This document shows, one piece after another, positions 38,825 through 48,955 of a stretch of DNA of 64,000 nt; position 1 is the first letter of the stretch; each line of letters begins with the position of its first letter. The position numbers were made by a program, and so were the translations under genes. Under the pieces are notes generated by a model. That model saw only the letters and a program-made list of their open reading frames with translations, ran no database searches and was not told the origin of the DNA. This DNA comes from a bacterium (GTDB lineage Bacteria; Chloroflexota; Dormibacteria; Aeolococcales; Aeolococcaceae): NCBI GenBank assembly GCA_021803465.1, contig JAJZLL010000011.1:913-64912 (forward strand), in the 5' to 3' direction.

Positions 38825-41440
38825 ATGGCAACTGGTCTCGATTCCCTGAAGCGCACTGATGCTGAGGCGCGTGCCCGCCTTCTCAGCAACCTGTCCTACG
38901 ATGTCAGCCTAGCCCTCTCAGACGACCCCTCGAAGGAAACGTTCTCCAGCACGTCCACCATCACATTCGACTGCAGCGAGGCGAACGCATCCACCTTCTG
39001 CGATGTCACAGCACGGTCCATCGGGAAGGTCATCCTCAATGGCCGGGAGCTCCGGCCCGACGAGTACACGTTCCGTGAAGGAAAGCGGCTCGAGCTCAAT
39101 GGACTTGCACGGGGCGCGAACAGCCTCACCATCGTTGCAGACATGGAATACGGCCAGACTGGAGTGGGACTCCACCGCTTTGTGGACCCCAGTGACAGGC
39201 AGGTCTACCTCCATTCCCACTTCGAGCCTTTCGATGCCCACCTCATGTATCCCTGTTTTGACCAGCCAGATCTCAAGGCCACGTACACCTTCCACGTGAC
39301 TGGCCCCAGGGACTGGAAGATCATCTCCAACTCGCCAGCTGCTGCGACACACTCACTCCCTTCAGGTGAGCAGCAGATCGACTTCGCTCCAACCCGAACC
39401 CTGTCAACGTACCTCACTGCGCTCGTTGCGGGCCCTTTCGATGAATACCAGGACCAGTACAGCAATGTTCCCCTTTCCATCTACTGCAGGAAGTCGCTTG
39501 CTCCCTACATGACACCAGCTGAACTCAGCGAAATGTTCACCCTGACAAAGCAGGGTCTCGCCTACTATGAGCAGCTCTATGGTGTCCCTTACCCGTTTCC
39601 CAAGTACGACCAGGTCTTTGTCCCTGAGTTCAATGCGGGCGCAATGGAGAATCCAGGATGCATCACCTTCCGCGAGGACTACATCTTCCGGGGTGTGGTG
39701 ACAGACGCTGCACGGGAAGCGCGTGCGGACACGATTCTCCATGAGATGGCTCACATGTGGTTTGGCGACTACGTGACCATGAAATGGTGGAATGACCTGT
39801 GGCTCAACGAAAGCTTTGCAACACTGATGTCGTATCTTGCGCTCACGGAAGCCACACGTTTCAAGCAGGCCTGGGTGAGTTTCGCAAACACGGAGAAATC
39901 GTGGGCTGCACGGCAGGACCAGCTTCCGACTACCCACCCCATTGCCAACGATGCGCCCGATACGGAGACTGCAGAGACAAACTTTGACGGCATCACGTAC
40001 GCAAAGGGAGCCTCCGTGCTCCGTCAGCTTCTCCCCTATGTTGGTCGGGACAACTTCTTCAAGGGACTGAAGTCATATTTCAGAACATACGGCTGGAGCA
40101 ATGCCACACTGCAGGATTTTCTTGCGAAGCTTGCTGAGGCATCGGGAAAGGATCTGACCAGCTGGTCAAAGCTCTGGCTTGAGACGACAGGAATTGCCAC
40201 CATGTCGACTGTGACAAAGGAGTCAGGTGGCGTGTACACCTCGTTCGCAGTGAAGCAGAGTGTCCCGAAGGACCACCCCACACTCCGGCCCCACATCATG
40301 AACATTGGACTGTACAACCTCGATGCCACAGGGAAGCTTGTAAGGACACGGAGCATCGACAATGTGGCAATTAGCGGGTCCTCCACGGACATTCCCGAGC
40401 TTGCTGGCGAGCGGGTGCCGGATCTCCTTGTGCTCAATGACCAGGACCTCACCTTCACGAAAGTGCGCTTCGATCCAAAGTCGTTTTCAACCCTTGTCCA
40501 TCATCTCTCCGACATACCGGACCCCCTGACGCGCTCGCTCTGCTGGGCAGCTTCCTGGGACATGCTCAGGGATGCCGAGCTGTCTGGCAGCGCCTACATT
40601 GCACTCATTGCAGAGCAGGCACCTCATGAAACGGAAGTCGCCACAGTGGAACGCCTCATCGCCCAGGCGAAGAGTGCAGCGACCCTGTATGGACATCCTT
40701 CCTCACGTGGGGAGAAGCTTGCCGTGCTCGCAAAGGCAGCGCATGAAGCGTACACGTCAGCACAGGATGGCTCGGATCTCCAGCTCGCATGGTTCAAGGC
40801 ATTCGTGGGGTTTGCCACCTCGGAGAGCGACCTCGCAAAGGTGAGGGAATACCTTGACGGCACGAGAGCACTCCCAGGAGTTCCTGTCCATACCGACCCT
40901 CAGCTTCGCTGGCTCCTCATCAACAGACTCGCCCAGACGGGTAAGGTGGATGCTGCGTTCATCGAAGCGGAGCAGAAGCGCGAGAACACTGACCTGAGCG
41001 CTCTACGCGGTGCGACCGCATTGGCATCGCTTCCGACAAAGGCGGCCAAGGAGCTTGCCTGGAACCGTCTCACCACTGATCCAAAGCTGTCACTGTATCT
41101 CCGGGAAGCAATTCTCGCAGGGTTCCAGCAGCCTGGCCAGGAGTCCCTCACGAAGGAATACATCACAAGATACTTTGCGCAGCTCCCTTCGATCTGGACC
41201 TCGTACGATCACGAGACAGCAACTGCTATGACGTCGATGCTCTATCCGGCATACACCGTTTCCAAGGAGACGCTTTCCTCAACGAGGACAGCCATTGCCG
41301 ATACACGGCTTCCCTTCTCGGCGAGGCGCTCGCTGCTCGAATCTGAGGACACAGCGAAACGCATGGTGAAAGCACGCGCTCTCGACCGTACTGCCCCAAA
41401 GCCAGGAAGTCCTGCAGTGCGCTCAGTGGACAACTCCTGA
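38825..41440 (+). CDS. pepN: Aminopeptidase N (M1 family)
   Basis: GAMEN exopeptidase motif and HEMAHMWFGD...LNESFA zinc-binding HEXXH+E; ~870 aa. Confidence 0.9.
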   Translation: MATGLDSLKRTDAEARARLLSNLSYDVSLALSDDPSKETFSSTSTITFDCSEANASTFCDVTARSIGKVILNGRELRPDEYTFREGKRLELNGLARGANSLTIVADMEYGQTGVGLHRFVDPSDRQVYLHSHFEPFDAHLMYPCFDQPDLKATYTFHVTGPRDWKIISNSPAAATHSLPSGEQQIDFAPTRTLSTYLTALVAGPFDEYQDQYSNVPLSIYCRKSLAPYMTPAELSEMFTLTKQGLAYYEQLYGVPYPFPKYDQVFVPEFNAGAMENPGCITFREDYIFRGVVTDAAREARADTILHEMAHMWFGDYVTMKWWNDLWLNESFATLMSYLALTEATRFKQAWVSFANTEKSWAARQDQLPTTHPIANDAPDTETAETNFDGITYAKGASVLRQLLPYVGRDNFFKGLKSYFRTYGWSNATLQDFLAKLAEASGKDLTSWSKLWLETTGIATMSTVTKESGGVYTSFAVKQSVPKDHPTLRPHIMNIGLYNLDATGKLVRTRSIDNVAISGSSTDIPELAGERVPDLLVLNDQDLTFTKVRFDPKSFSTLVHHLSDIPDPLTRSLCWAASWDMLRDAELSGSAYIALIAEQAPHETEVATVERLIAQAKSAATLYGHPSSRGEKLAVLAKAAHEAYTSAQDGSDLQLAWFKAFVGFATSESDLAKVREYLDGTRALPGVPVHTDPQLRWLLINRLAQTGKVDAAFIEAEQKRENTDLSALRGATALASLPTKAAKELAWNRLTTDPKLSLYLREAILAGFQQPGQESLTKEYITRYFAQLPSIWTSYDHETATAMTSMLYPAYTVSKETLSSTRTAIADTRLPFSARRSLLESEDTAKRMVKARALDRTAPKPGSPAVRSVDNS

Positions 41441-41513
41441 TCGATTCCAATGCCCTGTCCGGAAGGGGAAGCACGCAGCATGCGTCCCCTCTCCGAAGGG
41501 CAGCAAGCTGGAC
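41441..41513. terminator. Putative convergent-gene hairpin terminator
   Basis: GC-rich imperfect inverted repeat (ggaaggggaagcacgc ... gcgtcccctctcc) between convergent pepN and reductase genes. Confidence 0.3.
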
Positions 41514-42314
41514 CTATTCAGGCCAGTACTGCTCCTCATGGATCTGGTTGACAGCGAGACCCTTCCGTTTGAGGATCTCCTTCGCATGCGTGATCATGCC
41601 GGGATGACCACAGAGATATGCTGCGCCTGAGCCAGGCTCGATACCGAGGCTGTCCGCATACTTTCGAAGCAGCTCATCCACGCGACCCGTTTCCCCTGCC
41701 CATTCCGGATGCTCCCATGGCCGGCTGAGACTTGGCACATACGTAAACCAGTCCTCACTTCTTGAGAGTTCAGCAAGCTCGTCCGCATACCCAAGTTCTT
41801 CACTGTGGCTCGCTCCATGAAGCAGGAGCACATTCCTCTCCTCCACGACTGTGCCATTCTGCCGCTCACGAACCATGGTACGGAGCGTGCTCACATACGG
41901 AGCAACACCCGTGACTGTCGCGACAAAGAGCAGTGGGCCATGCATAAGGGGAAGATTCTTGAGGAAGAGGCCCTTCGCCTTCTTGCGGACAACAAGCTCT
42001 GTGCCTTGCGTGCATGCATGGAGTGGAACGGAAAGCTCTCCCCCAGGAACCCTTTCAAGGAAGAGATCGATGATGTGATCCTCAAGAGGTGAGGAGCATA
42101 CAGAGTACGGACGCTCAATGAGGCTGCCCTTCACATCAAGACCAATTGTCACATACTGCCCTGACCGGAAGGGAATCGTCTCCTCAAGCTGCAGACGGAT
42201 GAGCCAGAGATCCTCAGTGAGATCCGTCCGGTCGATTATTGCTGCGGTTGTGAATTTCTCGCGGTCTATGGTGTGCGCTTCCACGTATCCAGTGTAGACA
42301 TTTCTTCTGGCCAA
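41514..42314 (-). CDS. Ferredoxin-NADP+ reductase-type FAD/NAD(P)-binding oxidoreductase
   Basis: FAD-binding RPYS motif (ERPYSVCSSP), FNR-like two-domain layout, 266 aa. Confidence 0.75.
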   Translation of the reverse strand: MARRNVYTGYVEAHTIDREKFTTAAIIDRTDLTEDLWLIRLQLEETIPFRSGQYVTIGLDVKGSLIERPYSVCSSPLEDHIIDLFLERVPGGELSVPLHACTQGTELVVRKKAKGLFLKNLPLMHGPLLFVATVTGVAPYVSTLRTMVRERQNGTVVEERNVLLLHGASHSEELGYADELAELSRSEDWFTYVPSLSRPWEHPEWAGETGRVDELLRKYADSLGIEPGSGAAYLCGHPGMITHAKEILKRKGLAVNQIHEEQYWPE

Positions 42315-42706
42315 CTGCTTCAGGAGCGATGCAGCTATCCCTCAGACTCTGTGGGTGGTCCAGCCATGTCACGTACCCAGCTGGGGAGTCCTCCATCATC
42401 GGAGCTTCCGTCTGGCACTCCCCGCTCTAGGTGACTGACAGGTCTCCAGTATGGTGCAGTGAGCCGCCATGTCCTGCCGCAGGAACAGCGCCACATGGAC
42501 CGGGGGCCAGCCAGGGACAGCTCAGCATCCGAGGGAAACTCGCATTCATGCGCAGTCCCAGTGTCCCCGTCCCTGAGCACAAGGGGAGTCACGTGCTCCG
42601 CGCGCTCGACTTTCCGGATCCAGTGTCCCACTTCTGCTCTCCTTTCGTGGCGTGGAAAAGCTGCCCTCAGCATACAGGGACTCGATGGCCCTTGTGGAGG
42701 GGGGCA

Positions 42707-43369
42707 CTACCCGTACTTGGGGGAAGGAATGCCTGTTGGTGCTGGTGGCTGCACAGGAAATGATGGTGCTACAAGGGGAGGTGGCTGTGATTGCGCTCCC
42801 TTCAAGGATGCTGCGGACGATGAAGGAAGTGGAGCAGTGACAGCATGCGGAGCACCAGTCCCTTCTACAACCTGAACCTCCTTGTGCTTGTGCGAGGTTG
42901 TTGCGGGAACACTGCTTTGAGCTGTGTCTGTGCGCTCGCAGGCGCTGCTGCCGTGCTGGCGTGTACCACTGCTGCACCCAGCTGGCTTCGTGGCTGCACT
43001 GTGCCCTGAGACAAACGGATCCGGAGTTCCTGTCACCGCGAATTTCACTCCATCAGCTGCGCATGCAAGGACAATCCCTGCCACACCGCACACGAGAATC
43101 CGCTTGAGGACAGTCCTGTACACTGCGATACGCCAGAGGCGTCTCCAGGGCTTCCCCCCCCAGGAGCGGGGGACTCCAGAAGGCTCTGCAATGCGCGAAC
43201 CATGCATCACCGTGCCATGTCCCGCATGTCCGTCCATCTGGTCCTTCCCGTTTGGTGTGAGATTGGTCATGGCAGTTTCCACTCCGCACCCCCTCCAGCA
43301 GGCATCTTCTCTGGAGCATGCGCATGCGAAACCAGAAGGAGTCCTCCCAGTGGCCCTCCTCTCCTGCAC
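42707..43369 (-). CDS. Hypothetical single-pass membrane protein with Pro-rich C-terminal region
   Basis: Only ORF in the 1.2-kb gap between two minus-strand genes with a credible TM helix (ILVCGVAGIVLACAA) and compositionally coherent Pro/Ser-rich tail; competing ORFs on other frames look like GC-rich noise. Confidence 0.3.
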   Translation of the reverse strand: MQERRATGRTPSGFACACSREDACWRGCGVETAMTNLTPNGKDQMDGHAGHGTVMHGSRIAEPSGVPRSWGGKPWRRLWRIAVYRTVLKRILVCGVAGIVLACAADGVKFAVTGTPDPFVSGHSAATKPAGCSSGTRQHGSSACERTDTAQSSVPATTSHKHKEVQVVEGTGAPHAVTAPLPSSSAASLKGAQSQPPPLVAPSFPVQPPAPTGIPSPKYG

Positions 43370-43494
43370 GCTTCAGGATGTGACTGGCTCACCACTGCTC
43401 CTGCGGAAAGATTGAGGCACTTCATGGCGTTCGCAGCCCATGCTGGCAGGTCGTGAAGCGCCAGGTGGAGAGCACAACACCTCCCTGGTGAACT

Positions 43495-44319
43495 TCAGCT
43501 GTGCAGTGCATGCACAATCTCATGGACATCCTGCGCGAGAAGGGATCGATGAATGCTCCGGTAGTGGATGTCGTGGAAGAGTTTCGCAGTGAGTATCCTG
43601 AGGTGCCATCCCATGCGCCTTGCGATTCCTGCAACAGCCACAGCGCCGCACACTGGACCACAGCAGTAGACCCAGAAGTTGCTCCACATCCCGGAAAGCA
43701 GTGCTGGACCGAAACTTCGTGCAGGATTCATGGATGCACCCGTGAGCGGTGCGCCAATGCACACCAGGATGGGCACAAGGCACCATACGGCAACAGGAGT
43801 CCACTTCGCACGCCCTGGCGAGGCAACGAAATAGAGGATCGTACCGACCAGAGCAGCAGTCAGTGCAGCCTCGATGCCGCATGCAGCTAGCGCAGGGATA
43901 TGCAGCCCGGGTCTGGTCACAGCATCGCCCACTGCATGCGCCTCTGAACCCAGGACATGGAGCCAGACGAGCATGGCACAGACACCGCCCATGCACTGGA
44001 ATGCGATGTATCCAAGAAGATTCTTCCAGGAGACATGCCCTGTCACAAAGAATGCGACAGAGACTGCAGGATTCAGATGCGCTCCACTGAGCCTGCCAAT
44101 GGGAAGGTAGGCAACAAGTGCACCAGCACCTCCAAAGACAGCGCCAACCACTGCGTATCGAACAAAGGCGCCAATGCTTGTGGGACCCTGGTGATACGCT
44201 GCGAATGCAGCCCCAATTGCCGCAAAGCCTGCAAGAAGCAGCATCATCGTTCCGACAAGCTCACATATCCATTCTGGGAGTGCAGTGCGCCACAGGCGCT
44301 TCACGAGAGAACGGATCAT
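43495..44319 (-). CDS. Aquaporin/glycerol facilitator (MIP family)
   Basis: Two NPA boxes (NPAVSVAF, NPARSFGP), six TM helices; ATGA overlap with upstream GT2 gene. Confidence 0.85.
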   Translation of the reverse strand: MIRSLVKRLWRTALPEWICELVGTMMLLLAGFAAIGAAFAAYHQGPTSIGAFVRYAVVGAVFGGAGALVAYLPIGRLSGAHLNPAVSVAFFVTGHVSWKNLLGYIAFQCMGGVCAMLVWLHVLGSEAHAVGDAVTRPGLHIPALAACGIEAALTAALVGTILYFVASPGRAKWTPVAVWCLVPILVCIGAPLTGASMNPARSFGPALLSGMWSNFWVYCCGPVCGAVAVAGIARRMGWHLRILTAKLFHDIHYRSIHRSLLAQDVHEIVHALHS

Positions 44320-45017
44320 CCCTTCCCGAACCGTACACGCAGCAGATCAATGAAGGTCTCAAGGGAATCCTTGAGGGAGTTCACATGCGAAGCTTCAACA
44401 TGGGCCCAGTGTACAGGCACCTCGAGTATGCCAATGCCAGCCCTGCGCGCACGGACAAGACTCTCCACATCAAAACCCCACCGATAGATTGTCAGGTTGT
44501 CAAAGCAGACTTGCGCAGCCTTCGCGGTAAACACCTTGCACCCACACTGCGTGTCATGGAGATCTGGCAGGAGGAGAAGACGCACCAGCAGGTTGTAGGT
44601 CCGTCCCATGACTTCCCGGTACCACGGCTGATGCACAGTGACTGCACTGCCTTTGAGTGCCCGTGAGGCAATGACAACGCCATGTTCCTCCGAGAGCTTC
44701 CCGATGAGCATGTCGAGGTCTTCCAGCGGTGTGCTGAGGTCCGCATCGACAAATGCGCGCACATCACCTTTCGCCTCACTCATGCCCCGCTGAATGGCAG
44801 CACCCTTGCCCCGGTTCACCCCTGCGGCAACCACTCTGAGGTTTGGCCAGTCCTGCTGCAGCGCAGTCACTGCTGCAACCGTGTCATCGGAACTGCCATC
44901 ATCAACCACAATGACCTCGTACTCCCCTGCAGTGCGCGCATAGTGCTCATGCATCCGCCTGAGCGATGCAGGGAGCCTGTACGCCTCGTTGTATGCGGGA
45001 ATGATGATGGAGAGCAT
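44316..45017 (-). CDS. Family-2 glycosyltransferase (polyprenol-phosphate sugar transferase-like)
   Basis: LSIIIPAYNE...VIVVDDGSSDDT...DADL GT2 motifs; start trimmed to MLSIII... Confidence 0.8.
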   Translation of the reverse strand: MLSIIIPAYNEAYRLPASLRRMHEHYARTAGEYEVIVVDDGSSDDTVAAVTALQQDWPNLRVVAAGVNRGKGAAIQRGMSEAKGDVRAFVDADLSTPLEDLDMLIGKLSEEHGVVIASRALKGSAVTVHQPWYREVMGRTYNLLVRLLLLPDLHDTQCGCKVFTAKAAQVCFDNLTIYRWGFDVESLVRARRAGIGILEVPVHWAHVEASHVNSLKDSLETFIDLLRVRFGKG

Positions 45018-45022
45018 GGCAC

Positions 45023-45805
45023 TCACCTCCCCTGCCGCTCTCGCAGTTCCCGAAGATAGAACTCGGGAAGCACGCGCTGCCGACCAATGCGCCACGGCTG
45101 GAGAATCAGTCGCCACGCCCATTCACATCCGAAGCGCTGGACAACCCGTGGCGCACGATGCACTGTCCCCGCAAGGTAGTCAAATGTACCGCCAATGCCA
45201 ACACCAACAGGCGCATCCATCAGTGGCAGGAATCTGTCGAGAAACTCCTCCTGCTTGCCAGCACCATACGCAGCGAATACGACTTCTGGAGCACTTCTCG
45301 CAAGACGTTCCGCAGTCTCCTGAGTGGGATGTCCCGAGTCCGCAGCCACGACCTGAAGTCCTGGAAACCGGTACCGTGCCTGCCTGGCAGCCTGGCCTGC
45401 AATGCCTGGTCCTGCACCGACAAATGCGACACGATGCTCATGGAGTGCTGCTATGGGAAGGTACGCCATGACAAGATCTGCACCAGTCACGCGAACCGCC
45501 TCGGGATGACCCCGTTTGCGGAGCGCATTGACGACGCCCACACCATCCGGAATGACTGCTGAAGCATGCTCGAGAACGGCACGGAAACTGTCATCATGCT
45601 GGGCACGCATGACCATCTCTGGATTGAGGGTGACAATGAGGTGCGGAGCATTTCCAGGCCGTGCTCCCTCGCGATGGTCTTCCACAGCAGCAACGATCCC
45701 TGCAACCGTCGTCTCCATGTCTGTGACATCGACTGGGACTCCAAGGATCCGTTCCCTCTCGGGCAGTGCAACATGTCTGTGCAGTTGCCCCTGATGAGCA
45801 TCCAT
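45023..45805 (-). CDS. WecB/TagA/CpsF-family glycosyltransferase (N-acetylmannosaminyltransferase-like)
   Basis: Conserved TagA-family core (LNPEMVM...IPDGVGVV...VAFVGAGPGIA...GVGIGGTFDYLAG); start trimmed to avoid overlap with rpsI. Confidence 0.7.
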   Translation of the reverse strand: MDAHQGQLHRHVALPERERILGVPVDVTDMETTVAGIVAAVEDHREGARPGNAPHLIVTLNPEMVMRAQHDDSFRAVLEHASAVIPDGVGVVNALRKRGHPEAVRVTGADLVMAYLPIAALHEHRVAFVGAGPGIAGQAARQARYRFPGLQVVAADSGHPTQETAERLARSAPEVVFAAYGAGKQEEFLDRFLPLMDAPVGVGIGGTFDYLAGTVHRAPRVVQRFGCEWAWRLILQPWRIGRQRVLPEFYLRELRERQGR

Positions 45806-45840
45806 GGTGTCACCTCCGACGACGGAGTGCGGGAGCGTGT

Positions 45841-46245
45841 CTAGCGCTTCGTATACTGCGGAGCCTTGCGAGCACGCTTGAGGCCGTACTTCTTCCGTTC
45901 CTTCACACGGGAGTCCCGTGTGAGAAGCCCAGCGCGCTTGAGGGGAGTCCTGAGACTGTCCTGCCAAATGGAGAGTGCCCGGGCAATTCCGTGGCTCACT
46001 GCACCTGCCTGACCAGACATTCCGCCCCCTTCAACCTTGATCGTGCCAGAGCACTTGCCCAGCAGTCCCGTCACGCGGAGTGGCTGCATGATGACAATTT
46101 CAAGATCCCTGCGTCCAAAGTATTCGCTGGGAGACTTTCCATTGATGACAAATGACCCCTCACCGGAAAAGAGGCGTACACGCGCGATGGACGACTTCCG
46201 CCGACCAGTTCCGTAGAAGTATTTCTGTTCAGTCATTGCTGTCAC
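45841..46245 (-). CDS. rpsI: 30S ribosomal protein S9
   Basis: GTGRRKSSIARV...C-terminal KYGLKRARKAPQYTKR. Confidence 0.95.
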   Translation of the reverse strand: MTAMTEQKYFYGTGRRKSSIARVRLFSGEGSFVINGKSPSEYFGRRDLEIVIMQPLRVTGLLGKCSGTIKVEGGGMSGQAGAVSHGIARALSIWQDSLRTPLKRAGLLTRDSRVKERKKYGLKRARKAPQYTKR

Positions 46246-46708
46246 GGACTATCTCTCCCAAACGTCCAAAAGTGATTCGAACTGGCTTCTGTGCATGATG
46301 CTCGTGGTGATCGTCCGCATAGATCCGAACGCTCGTGAGCATGTCGCGTCCAAGAGTGTTGTGCTGCAGCATGCCACGGATCGCATTGCGCAGAGGAAAC
46401 GTTGGATCGTGCTCAACTGCTTCCTCGTAGGTCCGCGTCCTGAGGCCACCCGGGTATCCCGTGTAGCGGCGGTACTGCTTCTTGTCAAGTTTGCTGCCTG
46501 TCACACGCATTGCAGAAGTGTTGATGACAATGACATGTGCTCCAGAGTTGATGTGCGGAGTGTACTGGGGACGGTGCTTGCCGCGAAGGATCCTGACGAT
46601 ATTGGTCGCAAGGCGTCCAAGAGTCTCATTCCGAGCGTCAACGAGAAACCACTCCTCATCACGCTCCGAAGGTGATGCAAAGTACGTGCGATTGGTGACG
46701 CTACTCAT
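46229..46708 (-). CDS. rplM: 50S ribosomal protein L13
   Basis: RTYFASPSERDEEWFLVDA... L13 N-terminus; start trimmed to internal Met. Confidence 0.9.
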   Translation of the reverse strand: MSSVTNRTYFASPSERDEEWFLVDARNETLGRLATNIVRILRGKHRPQYTPHINSGAHVIVINTSAMRVTGSKLDKKQYRRYTGYPGGLRTRTYEEAVEHDPTFPLRNAIRGMLQHNTLGRDMLTSVRIYADDHHEHHAQKPVRITFGRLGEIVRDSND

Positions 46709-47507
46709 TGTGAGATCCCATTCCTTCGTTCCATCTGAATTCCATGTTGGGATAGGTGACGTTCCAGAGATACAGGCCATGGGGTGGAGCACTCCATGGA
46801 ACACGTCTTCCTCCCTCTGGAGATACTACCATGTTTGCAATTGCGTCTGCCTCGGCTGGATGCTGTGCCGCATATGCCATTCCGCCCACGATATGCCGCA
46901 CCATTCCACGGAGAAACGCTTCGGCAGTCACCTCGTATATGCCTGCCCGAATGCGCTCTCCTCCGACTTCGCGATCCTCCCATGACCACGCGCTCTGTGT
47001 CACAGTGCGCACTGTATTCGAACCGTTAGGGGGGGTACCGAATGCAGCGAAATCATGTGTGCCGCGCACTGCACACGCAAGCGCATCTAGCACATCATGA
47101 TCAATTCTCGATGGAAGGCTCCAATACGCAGTGCGCAGCGTGGGAACAGGCAGCAAACCTTCAAGCAGTACATAGCGGTATGTTCGCGCTCCCGCATCAA
47201 AGCGGGCATGAAACGCCAGTGGTACCTCCTGCACGCCCGTGATGCGAATGGCTGCAGGCAGCCGCGCATTGAGCGCGTCACCCAGCTGCTGCGCACCATG
47301 CGTCCAGCTGGGTACCGTAACTGCAGCAACCTGGCCAACAGCGTGGACACCTCGGTCAGTCCGTCCTGCAGCAGTCCAGCCTGTCGACAAGGGAGCAAAC
47401 TCCTCAAGACAAGACCGGATGGTCCCTGCGACAGTCAGCGAAGATTGCTGCTCCTGCCATCCTGCGTACTCCGATCCGTCATAGGCTATGCGCAGCGCAA
47501 CTCGCAT
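46701..47507 (-). CDS. truA: tRNA pseudouridine(38-40) synthase
   Basis: MRVALRIAYDGSEYAGWQ...GRTDRGVHA catalytic Asp motif. Confidence 0.9.
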   Translation of the reverse strand: MRVALRIAYDGSEYAGWQEQQSSLTVAGTIRSCLEEFAPLSTGWTAAGRTDRGVHAVGQVAAVTVPSWTHGAQQLGDALNARLPAAIRITGVQEVPLAFHARFDAGARTYRYVLLEGLLPVPTLRTAYWSLPSRIDHDVLDALACAVRGTHDFAAFGTPPNGSNTVRTVTQSAWSWEDREVGGERIRAGIYEVTAEAFLRGMVRHIVGGMAYAAQHPAEADAIANMVVSPEGGRRVPWSAPPHGLYLWNVTYPNMEFRWNEGMGSHNE

Positions 47508-47564
47508 GGTTGCTGTGGCTTTGCAAGGGGCAGAACAGTTCCGGCATGCCGCCTGCTGCCCTGC

Positions 47565-47921
47565 CTACGCCTCGACAAACTCGATGATGGCCATGGGAGC
47601 CGCATCGCCCTGCCGGATTCCGCAATGCACAATGCGCGTGTATCCACCCGGACGGTTGAGGAACCGTTCACGGTACACGGAATAGAGCCGCTTGTGGGCT
47701 TCACGTCCATAAACGATGCTGGACACCTTTCTGTGCGAGGCCACGTCATCCACTTTCGCTGTGGTGACCACCCGCTCAACCCAGCGGCGAAGCTCCTTTG
47801 CCTTTGCCTCTGTTGTCGTGATCCGTCCATGCAGCAGAAGCGCAGTGATGAGATTTCTCATCATCGCCTGGCGATGTGCGCTATCCCTGTTGAACTTACG
47901 TCCGCTCTTCTGATGACGCAT
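47565..47921 (-). CDS. rplQ: 50S ribosomal protein L17
   Basis: MRHQKSGRKFNRDSAHRQAMMRNL... Confidence 0.95.
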   Translation of the reverse strand: MRHQKSGRKFNRDSAHRQAMMRNLITALLLHGRITTTEAKAKELRRWVERVVTTAKVDDVASHRKVSSIVYGREAHKRLYSVYRERFLNRPGGYTRIVHCGIRQGDAAPMAIIEFVEA

Positions 47922-47927
47922 GGTGTG

Positions 47928-48914
47928 TTACTCCTGCTCCTCAAGTGCTGAAGCGAATAGGGTTCCAAGTTCCTCATCCGAGACAAGCTGCTTCTCGATG
48001 AGCTTGAGCTTCACTTCATCGAACGACTTCTTGCCAAAGTTCCTCAGCGTGAGAAGCTCCTCCTCACGCATGGCAACAAGCTGTCCAACAGTGGTGACAT
48101 CATTCGCCTTCAGGCAGTTCAGCGCACGGACACTGAGGTCAAGTTCCTCAACCGGTACATTGGCAAGACGTGTCTGAAGATCATTGCCGCCAGAAGCTGC
48201 AGTGACTGGAGGAGTCTCAATGCTCGTGCGGAAATGCACGAAGAGATCGAGATGGGATGTGAAGATGGCAGCTGCCTCACTGATGGCATCAACAGGATTG
48301 AGCGTTCTGTTCGTCCAGACTTCCATGACGAGCCGGTCCCAGTTGGTATCCTGGCCGACCCGGGTTCTCTCGATGACGAAGTTCGCCTTTTCCACAGGAG
48401 TGAACGTTGCATCGACAGGAATGACACCAATCGGCTGTCCTTCCTTCTTGTTCTTGTCCGCTGCAAGGTAGCCTTTTCCACGCTCGACAACGAGCTCCAT
48501 GCGGAGTGTTGCATCCTTGCCACTGAGTGCGCAGATGTACATGTCGGGATTGCAGATTTCGACAAGGCTGTTCGCCTCGATGTCACCAGCAGTGACCACA
48601 CGCTCACCCTTCACTTCGAGACTGAGCCTGACTGGCTCATCGGAATGCGAGATGACATGAAGTCCCTTGACATTGAGGAGGATCTCTGTGACATCCTCCT
48701 TCACATACGGCACTGCGCTAAACTCGTGTGCCACACCATCAATGGAAACTGCAGTGACTGCTGCACCAGGAAGCGATGACAGAAGTACACGGCGAAGTGA
48801 ATTTCCGAGAGTGGTTCCAAATCCAGGCTCTAGCGGCTCAATCGTGAACCGGCCATACTGTTCGCTCGACTCGACTTCTTTCACTGTTGGCGCGTACATT
48901 GTTTCTCCAGTCAT
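47928..48914 (-). CDS. rpoA: DNA-directed RNA polymerase subunit alpha
   Basis: N-terminal dimerisation domain and C-terminal alpha-CTD; 328 aa. Confidence 0.95.
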   Translation of the reverse strand: MTGETMYAPTVKEVESSEQYGRFTIEPLEPGFGTTLGNSLRRVLLSSLPGAAVTAVSIDGVAHEFSAVPYVKEDVTEILLNVKGLHVISHSDEPVRLSLEVKGERVVTAGDIEANSLVEICNPDMYICALSGKDATLRMELVVERGKGYLAADKNKKEGQPIGVIPVDATFTPVEKANFVIERTRVGQDTNWDRLVMEVWTNRTLNPVDAISEAAAIFTSHLDLFVHFRTSIETPPVTAASGGNDLQTRLANVPVEELDLSVRALNCLKANDVTTVGQLVAMREEELLTLRNFGKKSFDEVKLKLIEKQLVSDEELGTLFASALEEQE

Positions 48915-48955
48915 TTCCCTGCCCCTCGTTCGTGCACTTCTTCGATAGCTCTCAG

